DNA of 64,000 nucleotides from the NCBI GenBank assembly GCA_963695195.1, contig CAVOGE010000007.1:1046663-1110662 (forward strand), read 5' to 3'. Each line of letters opens with the position of its first letter. Position 1 is the first letter of the stretch. The notes under the pieces are model-generated. The model saw only the letters and a list, made by a program, of their open reading frames with translations, searched no databases and had not been told where the DNA came from. Source of the DNA: an uncultured Chloroflexia bacterium. Lineage in GTDB: Bacteria > Chloroflexota > Limnocylindria > QHBO01. Made by a program: the position numbers and the translations under genes. Below, piece after piece: positions 57,716-64,000 of the stretch.

Positions 57716-57868
57716 GTGTCGCTGCGATTCGCCATCGGCGTGCGGGCGTTTATCGTCGTGGTGCTCGGTATCCTGTACTTCACCAGCGGCGACTCGTTCT
57801 ACCTGGCCCTCGCCGCGATCGCGGTGCTCGGTGGGGCGTGGACCATCTACAGAGCGATGCGGAGTTGA
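57716..57868 (+). CDS. 50-aa two-helix membrane protein (below the ORF-track cutoff)
   Basis: GTG..TGA gives MSLRFAIGVRAFIVVVLGILYFTSGDSFYLALAAIAVLGGAWTIYRAMRS; high GC3; exactly fills the gap between flanking genes. Confidence 0.65.
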   Translation: MSLRFAIGVRAFIVVVLGILYFTSGDSFYLALAAIAVLGGAWTIYRAMRS

Positions 57869-57872
57869 ACCC

Positions 57873-59058
57873 ATGACCTCGACACGAACCCGTCGGATCG
57901 ACCGAATCGGGGAGATCCATCGCGCCGTTCATGGCCTTCTTTACGGGGCCGTTCGCGAAGCTCAACGCCAATCCGGAAGTCGCCAACTTCGCGGTCGGTA
58001 ACCCGCAGGACTTCCCGATGCCCGAGTACGTCAGCGCGCTCGCCACGCACCTGGAGCCGCGCCGGCGTGACTGGTTCGCCTACAAGGACAGCGAGCCGAA
58101 GTCGCGCATCGCCGTCGCCCGCGGACTCAGCGCGCGGACCGGCATGAAGTGGGATCCGGCCGACGTGGCGATGACCAACGGGGGCTTCGCGGCGCTGGCG
58201 GTTGCCATGCGTGCGCTGGTCGAGCCCGGCGACGAGGTGATCTTCCTCTCGCCGCCGTGGTTCTTCTACGAGTTCATGGTCCTCGCCGCCGATGGCGTTC
58301 CGGTGCGCCTCCACCTGGCGCCGCCCGCCTTCGAGCCCGACATGGCGGAGATCGCCGCGGCCATCACCCCGCGCACCCGGGCGATCATCTTCAACTCGCC
58401 GCACAACCCGAGCGGGCGGGTGTACCCGCTCGAGACGCTCCAGGCGCTGGCAACGACCCTGACCGATGCCTCCGAACGCATCGGTCATCCGATCTTCCTG
58501 ATCTCCGACGAGCCCTACAACCGGATCCTGTTCGACGGCATCGCCTTCCATACGCCGGCCGAGGTGTACCCGCACACGGTGATCACCTATTCCTACGGGA
58601 AGCAGCTGCTGGCCCCCGGTCAGCGCATCGGCTACCTGACTGTGCCGCCGACCATGCCGGACCGCGAGGCATTCCGCGAGAGCATCTTCGTGGCGCAGTT
58701 CGCCACCGGCTACGCGTTCCCCAACGCGCTGCTGCAGCACGCCATCGAGGATCTCGAGAAGCTCTCCATTGACATCCCTGCCATGCAGGCTCGCCGGGAC
58801 CGGATGGTCAGCGGGTTGCGGGAGATCGGCTACGAGACGACGGTACCGGAGGGGACCTTCTACATCATGGCCCGCGCCCCGATCGCCGACGACGTCGCCT
58901 TCTGCGAGCTGCTGGGCAGGCATCGCGTCCTCGTCCTGCCCGGCACGGTGGTCGAGGTGCCCGGCTGGTTCCGGATCAGCCTGACCGCAACCGACGAGAT
59001 GGTGGAGCGGGGACTCCCCGGCTTCGCCGCCGCGTGGGCCGAGGCATCGGCCCCATGA
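57873..59058 (+). CDS. Class I/II (aspartate-type) aminotransferase; probable +1 indel near the 5' end
   Basis: NSPHNPSG, ISDEPY, YSYGKQLLAPGQRIGY, WFRISL. ATG 57873 is out of frame by one G in the G4 run at 57909-57912; in-frame ATG at 57931. Confidence 0.87.
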
Positions 59059-59474
59059 GGCCGGCCTTCGTCGCCGGCTTCGGACCGATCGTGAAGGACG
59101 GTGCCGCGAGCCGCGCCTTCTGGGCCGATGGACTCGGGATCAAGCTCGAGGAGTCATCACCCGGCTATTGGACCAACGACGATCTCGAAGGTGTCAGGGC
59201 CTTCGCCCTGTGGCCCTTGTCGCAGGCGGCCGAGTCGTGCTTCGGGACCGATGCATGGCCGACGGATCTCCCCGAGCCCCAGGCCTGGCTTGAGTTCGAC
59301 GTCGCGTCCGCCGACGACGTCGCGCCTGCTGCCGCCGAGATGGCGGAGCGCGGCTATCGGATCCTGGTCGATGCCAAGCTCGAGCCGTGGGGCCAGACGG
59401 TCAGCCACCTGCTCAGCCCCGAGGGGATCCTGGTCGGCATCGTCTACACCCCGTGGATGCACGAGAAGGCCTAG
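59055..59474 (+). CDS. VOC/glyoxalase family protein
   Basis: SRAFWADGLG, WLEFDV, EPWGQTV...SPEGILVG; ATGA overlap. Confidence 0.82.
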   Translation: MRPAFVAGFGPIVKDGAASRAFWADGLGIKLEESSPGYWTNDDLEGVRAFALWPLSQAAESCFGTDAWPTDLPEPQAWLEFDVASADDVAPAAAEMAERGYRILVDAKLEPWGQTVSHLLSPEGILVGIVYTPWMHEKA

Positions 59475-60115
59475 CCGGCGTACACCAACGACAGGATCAT
59501 CAGCCCCTGACCCAGGTGGTAGGGGACGCGGGTCAGCAGCCTGCCCTGGCGGATGGGCGTCACGAAGCGATTCCAGCCGAGCACGCCGTCCGACGCGTAC
59601 AGGAGCACCGCCCCGACTCGCGCGAGGATGAGGTCGGACTGCCCGGCGAACACGACCATCGCTGAGATGGTCGCGAGATAGGCCGCCACCGCGACGCCGA
59701 GTGCCGCGCCCCGTTTCCTGGCGGCGCCGAGCACGATCGGGATGCCCATGAACAGGCCGGCCAGCGCAACGAACACGAGGCCGGCGGCGACCGATTCTCC
59801 GGTGCCCTGGACCTGCAGCAGTCCCCCGATGTACGCCAGGTGAGCGAGCAGGAACGCCCCCAACCCGACCGCGAACCAGCGTGGCGGTGCGAGCAGCGCG
59901 ACGTCACCCGCTGCGGAAAGGGCGAGGGCGGCCACGAAGAAGGTGCGCTGCTCCGTGTTGACCGGCGCGACCATCACCGCCGCGGCAAGGAGCAGCAGGA
60001 TCACCGCCGGCTTGGTCACGAGCCCCACGCGCCGCCGGTCGCCCACGAGCGCGACCCAGTCCACCACGGCGATCAGGCCGGCCGCCGCCATCAGCCCTGC
60101 TGCGGTGGATGTCAT
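59471..60115 (-). CDS. Lysoplasmalogenase (YhhN/TMEM86 family)
   Basis: TKP, SAAGDVALL, GLGAFLLAHLAYI, YASDGVLGWNRF, YHLGQ. Confidence 0.87.
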   Translation of the reverse strand: MTSTAAGLMAAAGLIAVVDWVALVGDRRRVGLVTKPAVILLLLAAAVMVAPVNTEQRTFFVAALALSAAGDVALLAPPRWFAVGLGAFLLAHLAYIGGLLQVQGTGESVAAGLVFVALAGLFMGIPIVLGAARKRGAALGVAVAAYLATISAMVVFAGQSDLILARVGAVLLYASDGVLGWNRFVTPIRQGRLLTRVPYHLGQGLMILSLVYAG

Positions 60116-60153
60116 GCCGCGAATCGTAGCCGCGCCCGCCAGATGTGCACCGG
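60111..60153 (-). promoter_or_regulatory. Leaderless promoter, copy 1 of a 43-bp direct repeat
   Basis: Minus strand CCGGTGCACATCTG...TACGAT-N7-ATG; 37/43 identical to 60827-60869. Confidence 0.65.
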
Positions 60154-60159
60154 TCGCCG

Positions 60160-60831
60160 TCAAGCCTCAACAGGAAGGGGCGCCACCGAGTCAAGGAAGG
60201 CGGCGAACTCCGTGCCCGCTTCCCAACCGGCCGAGACCAGCTCGAGGTAGCGTCGCGAGGCGGCGACGGCCGCGAGGGCCTCATCGGTCAGGCTCCCGTC
60301 GCGCCAGGCGCTGTCGCGGGGATCGGTCGGGAAGCCGTGCTCGTCGGCCGATGCGCCCCGTGGGCCCGAGCGCGCAGGACCCCAGTGCTTCATGCGCAGG
60401 ATCCGCGCGCCGTCTCGATCCGTGTGGGCCGTCGAGTAGGAGTCCTGCAGGCAATGGAGCAGCCGGCCGAAGGTCGCCCAGCGCCGCGGGCCGTCCGGCA
60501 TCGCGAGGGCGCGCGAGTGGCAGTCGGCCATGAACGCGCGCATCTCTGCAACGCCACGCCGGGTCGTCGTCGAGGGCCAGGCGCGCAGTGCGTGGCGCCG
60601 CTGTGCGAACGGCAGTGCGGCGACCAGCAATCCGCGCAGCCCAAGATCCGGGGCTCGCACGCCGCGGATCAGGGCTCGCTGCTGGTCATCGGTCACTTGC
60701 AAGCCGGCCCAGGCGGCGCGGGTGATCGCCTCGTGTCCTTCTTCGCCGTTCAGCAGCGGAACGCGGACGGTCCAGGCGAGGGCGATGAGCAGTGGCAGAT
60801 GCTCGGCCCCCCACGCCGCGATGTCGGTCAT
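60160..60831 (-). CDS. Hypothetical protein with zinc phospholipase C / P1 nuclease / Het-C-like motifs
   Basis: GHEAIT, GVRAPD, RRHALR, FGRLLHCLQDSYSTAH. Confidence 0.6.
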   Translation of the reverse strand: MTDIAAWGAEHLPLLIALAWTVRVPLLNGEEGHEAITRAAWAGLQVTDDQQRALIRGVRAPDLGLRGLLVAALPFAQRRHALRAWPSTTTRRGVAEMRAFMADCHSRALAMPDGPRRWATFGRLLHCLQDSYSTAHTDRDGARILRMKHWGPARSGPRGASADEHGFPTDPRDSAWRDGSLTDEALAAVAASRRYLELVSAGWEAGTEFAAFLDSVAPLPVEA

Positions 60832-60869
60832 GCCTCGCATCGTAGCGACGCCTGTCAGATGTGCACCGG
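60827..60869 (-). promoter_or_regulatory. Leaderless promoter, copy 2 of the 43-bp direct repeat
   Basis: Same layout as copy 1, exactly 716 bp away, ungapped. Confidence 0.65.
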
Positions 60870-61017
60870 GGGACCGTAACGGGAGTCACGGTGGGTCCGC
60901 GTTCACCGCGCAGCGCAGATTCGTGCAGCGTCCGTGCTCAGCCCGGGGGCAGCCGGGCCCGAGTTCCGGCTGATTCCGCCCGACTGCTCGCCTAAGCGTC
61001 CCCCGGTGCAAGTCTGA
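60855..61017. repeat. MITE/REP-like element bounded by 20-bp inverted repeats
   Basis: TCAGATGTGCACCGGGGGAC (60855-60874) vs reverse complement of 60998-61017, TCAGACTTGCACCGGGGGAC; 18/20; no target duplication seen. Confidence 0.55.
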
Positions 61018-61024
61018 GCGGATT

Positions 61025-61100
61025 CCGCCGCGAGCCGCCCGCCGCGAGCCGCCCGCCGCGAGTCGCCCGCCGCGAGTCGCGCCCGCCGCGAGTCGCGCCC
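61025..61100. repeat. 14-bp minisatellite, 5 copies
   Basis: CCGCCGCGAG at 61025, 61039, 61053, 61067, 61083. Confidence 0.8.
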
Positions 61101-61204
61101 GCGCCGCTGTGGCAACCCATTCACGCACCTCCGTCGCGGCGCTACCATGGCGACGCTCTCGCGCCACGCACCGACTCGCTCCCCACAAGCCACCGGAGGA
61201 ACCG

Positions 61205-62596
61205 ATGCGCACCCTGATCAAGAACGGCACGATCATCAACGCCGACGCCACGACCCGGGCGGATGTCCTGGTGGACGGCGAGACGATCGCGCTCATCGGC
61301 TCGGACCTGGCGGCCGAGGCAGGAGCCACCGCCGACCGCACCATCGACGCCACCGGCAAGTGGGTGATCCCCGGCGCCATCGACGTGCACACGCACATGG
61401 AGCTGCCGTTCGGCGGGACCGCGGCCAAGGACACGTTCGAGACCGGGACGCGCGCCGCGGCATTCGGGGGCACGACGACCATCATCGACTTCGCCGTCCA
61501 GTCGCGTGGGACGGCACTTCGCGACGGGCTCGACGCCTGGCACGCCAAGGCCGATGGCAACGCCTGCATCGACTACGGCTTCCACATGATCATCAGCGAC
61601 GTCCGCGACGATGTTCTGACCGAGATGGACACGCTCGTCGACGAAGGCGTCACGACCTTCAAGCTGTTCACCGCCTACCCCGGCGTCTTCCTCTCCGATG
61701 ACGGGGCGATCTTCCGGGCGATGCAGCAGACCGCGGGGAACGGCGGGCTGATCATGATGCACGCCGAAAACGGCCTCGCCATCGACGTCGTCGCCGGGCA
61801 GACCTTTGGCGCGGGCAACACCGATCCCTACTACCACGGAACATCCCGCTCGCCGGTGCTGGAGGGCGAGGCCACCAACCGGGTGATTCGGCTGGCCGAG
61901 GTCGCCGGAGCGCCGGTCTACATCGTCCACCTCTCGGCGCGCGAGGCCCTCAACGAGGTGCGCCGGGCCCGCGATGAGGGGCTGCCCGTCTTCGCCGAGA
62001 CCTGCCCCCAGTACCTTTTCCTCTCGCTCGACGACATGGGCAACGGCTTCAACGGCGCCAAGTTCGTCTGCTCTCCGCCCCTGCGCCCGGCGGACCACCA
62101 GGAAGACCTGTGGCTCGGGCTCCTGAAGGACGACCTGCAAGTCGTCTCGACTGACCATTGCCCATTCGATTTCCACGGCCAGAAGGACCTGGGGGTCGGC
62201 GACTTCCGCAAGGTCCCGAACGGCCTGCCCGGCGTCGAGGACCGCGTGAACCTGATGCACTCGGGCGGAGTGGTCACCGGGCGACTGACGCCGAACCGAT
62301 GGGTGGAGGTCATCTCGGCGGCACCCGCCCGCATGTTCGGACTGCCGCAGAAGGGCGCCGTGGGGGTCGGCCTGGATGCCGACCTGGTCGTCTACGACCC
62401 GACGCGTCGCCACACCATCAGCGCCTCGACCCATCACATGAACGTGGACTACAGCTGCTACGAGGGGATGGAGGTCACCGGCGGGGCCGATCTCGTCCTA
62501 TCGCGCGGCAAGATCGTGGTGGATGGCGAGGAGTGGCTCGGCGCCCGGGGCGACGGCCGCTTCCTGAAGCGTCAACCAAGCCCATTCCTGAAGTAG
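61205..62596 (+). CDS. hydA: Dihydropyrimidinase (D-hydantoinase)
   Basis: PGAIDVHTHM, GGTTTIIDF, TFKLFTAYPG, MHAENG, AETCPQYL, FVCSPPLR, STDHCPF, PNGLPGVE; SD GGAGG. Confidence 0.94.
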   Translation: MRTLIKNGTIINADATTRADVLVDGETIALIGSDLAAEAGATADRTIDATGKWVIPGAIDVHTHMELPFGGTAAKDTFETGTRAAAFGGTTTIIDFAVQSRGTALRDGLDAWHAKADGNACIDYGFHMIISDVRDDVLTEMDTLVDEGVTTFKLFTAYPGVFLSDDGAIFRAMQQTAGNGGLIMMHAENGLAIDVVAGQTFGAGNTDPYYHGTSRSPVLEGEATNRVIRLAEVAGAPVYIVHLSAREALNEVRRARDEGLPVFAETCPQYLFLSLDDMGNGFNGAKFVCSPPLRPADHQEDLWLGLLKDDLQVVSTDHCPFDFHGQKDLGVGDFRKVPNGLPGVEDRVNLMHSGGVVTGRLTPNRWVEVISAAPARMFGLPQKGAVGVGLDADLVVYDPTRRHTISASTHHMNVDYSCYEGMEVTGGADLVLSRGKIVVDGEEWLGARGDGRFLKRQPSPFLK

Positions 62597-62645
62597 CTGC
62601 GGCTATGCTCCAGCCGGCAACGCCCGAGCATGAGGAACCAGACCG

Positions 62646-63269
62646 ATGAATCGCTCCCGCACCCTGGTCGCGGCAGGCCTGGCGGCCATCATCCTTGCCG
62701 CCTGTGGCTCGTCATCGGCGAGCCCGTCGGCGAGCCAGGCCGAGTCCGTGGCCCCCTCGCAATCCGCCGCCGAGTCCCCCGGCATCGGCCTTCCGTCCTT
62801 CAGCGCGGGCGTGGTCGCCGAGCTCGAGGCACTGATCCCCGACGAGATCGGCGGGGCGACCATGCAGAAGTTCAGCATGCGCGGCGACCAGTTCCTCACC
62901 TCCGGCCAGGAGGACGAGATCACCGCCAAGTTCCTGGCGGACCTGGGCGTGTCGCCGTCCGACGTGGCGATCGCGTTCGGGTTCGGCTTCGGTGCCGACT
63001 TCACCAGCGGCGCGGCGATGTTCGTCTTCCGTGCCGAGGGCGCGAGCGAGGATCGGCTGCTGCAGGTCTTCAAGGCGTCAATGGACGAGGACCGCGACGT
63101 CCCACTCGAGTGGACGACGGTGACGGTCGCGGGGCACGAGGTCGAGAGTGCGACCGACGCCGAGGCCGATGACCAGGCCATGTTCCTGTACGCCAAGGGC
63201 GAGCTGCTGTACTTCGTCAGCACCACCGACCCCGCCGCCGCCGAAGAGGTGATCGCCGGGCTTCCGTAG
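62646..63269 (+). CDS. Hypothetical lipoprotein
   Basis: Lipobox LAAC, Ser/Pro/Ala linker, acidic globular domain; SD GAGGA. Confidence 0.75.
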   Translation: MNRSRTLVAAGLAAIILAACGSSSASPSASQAESVAPSQSAAESPGIGLPSFSAGVVAELEALIPDEIGGATMQKFSMRGDQFLTSGQEDEITAKFLADLGVSPSDVAIAFGFGFGADFTSGAAMFVFRAEGASEDRLLQVFKASMDEDRDVPLEWTTVTVAGHEVESATDAEADDQAMFLYAKGELLYFVSTTDPAAAEEVIAGLP

Positions 63270-63276
63270 CCCGCCC

Positions 63277-64000
63277 GTGGTTGAAGCGACACCGCCACCG
63301 GCCGCCATCTTCCTGAACGAGGGGGCGAGCTCCGCTCGGACGAATCGGGTCCAGGCCGCCGTAGCACTGACGCGACGCGCGCTGGATGCCGACCTGCACA
63401 TCACCAGCACCCGCTCGGTGGAGGAGTTGCGCGCCTGGCTCGAAGAGCGGATCGCGGGATACACGACCGCCGTGATCGTCGGTGGCGACGGCTCGCTGGG
63501 CGTGGCCTACAACGTGATTGGCGCCCTGCCGGACGGGCAGCGCCCCGTGCTCGGCTACATTCCCGCGGGGTTCGGCAATGCCACGGCGCATCTGCTCAAC
63601 CTGCCGCGTCACCCTGCTGCGCTGGCTGCGCTGGTGGCGGTCGGCGAGTCGCGTCCAATTGACCTTGTTTCGGTGGACGGGCGGCTGGCGCTCTTCGCGG
63701 GGGCAGGCTGGGACGCCGTCGTGGCGGGGCGATACGCCGCGGGGGGCGCGAAACGGCTGCGCGGCTGGGGCGGCGCCGTGCTCGGTTCGCTGGGCGTGCT
63801 GCATCGGCGGTTTGCCGTGCGCGTCGAGGTGGATGGCACGGTCGTCCATGAAGGACCGATGGCCATGGTGGTGGCCGGCACGACTCCGTTCTACGGACGT
63901 GGGCTGCTCGTCAATCCCGGCGCCCGGACCGATGCCGGCCGGATGACGCTGCGCGTCTACCCAGGACCCGAGCCGCGGCTCGCGCTCGAGGCGGTGCGCT
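63277..64000 (+). CDS. Diacylglycerol kinase (YegS/DAGK) family protein, runs off the window
   Basis: Hand translation from GTG 63277 gives IFLNEGA, IVGGDGSL, LGYIPAGFGNA, GAGWDA, TPFYGRG. Confidence 0.85.
   Translation, partial: MVEATPPPAAIFLNEGASSARTNRVQAAVALTRRALDADLHITSTRSVEELRAWLEERIAGYTTAVIVGGDGSLGVAYNVIGALPDGQRPVLGYIPAGFGNATAHLLNLPRHPAALAALVAVGESRPIDLVSVDGRLALFAGAGWDAVVAGRYAAGGAKRLRGWGGAVLGSLGVLHRRFAVRVEVDGTVVHEGPMAMVVAGTTPFYGRGLLVNPGARTDAGRMTLRVYPGPEPRLALEAVR

Noticed and set aside
60855-61017. Autonomous IS element
   Set aside because: Only 163 bp, no transposase and no target-site duplication; kept only as a MITE/REP-like repeat.

Overview
Gene-dense, very GC-rich bacterial chromosomal segment. 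Gene content (cyclase-STAND proteins, F420-type LLM enzyme, many leaderless TANNNT-N6-7-ATG/GTG promoters) suggests Chloroflexota or Actinomycetota; this is an inference. I saw no rRNA, tRNA, CRISPR array, transposase or prophage. From left to right: (1) sugar operon with a decayed malK, ABC SBP and two permeases, a GH38 alpha-mannosidase, treS and maltokinase; (2) mixed metabolic and signalling genes (proline racemase family, XdhC, two adenylate cyclase-ATPase-TPR proteins, moaA, Crp, nnrE, hutI, ABC exporters, pntAB); (3) a salt/osmotic-stress locus in which ggs, a tandem-USP-GpgS fusion and glycerate kinase are divergent from a CBS-NhaD/ArsB-CPA2 operon whose 5' leader folds into a candidate pseudoknot riboswitch; (4) a dispersed reductive pyrimidine catabolism cluster (NMT1-type ABC importer, class III aminotransferase, beta-ureidopropionase, dihydropyrimidinase) with a Mer-like F420-type oxidoreductase but no PreA/PreT. 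There are also REP/MITE-like intergenic repeats, three gene remnants and several single-base indels, mostly in G/C runs and probably sequencing error. All family calls come from motif recognition; no database search was run.
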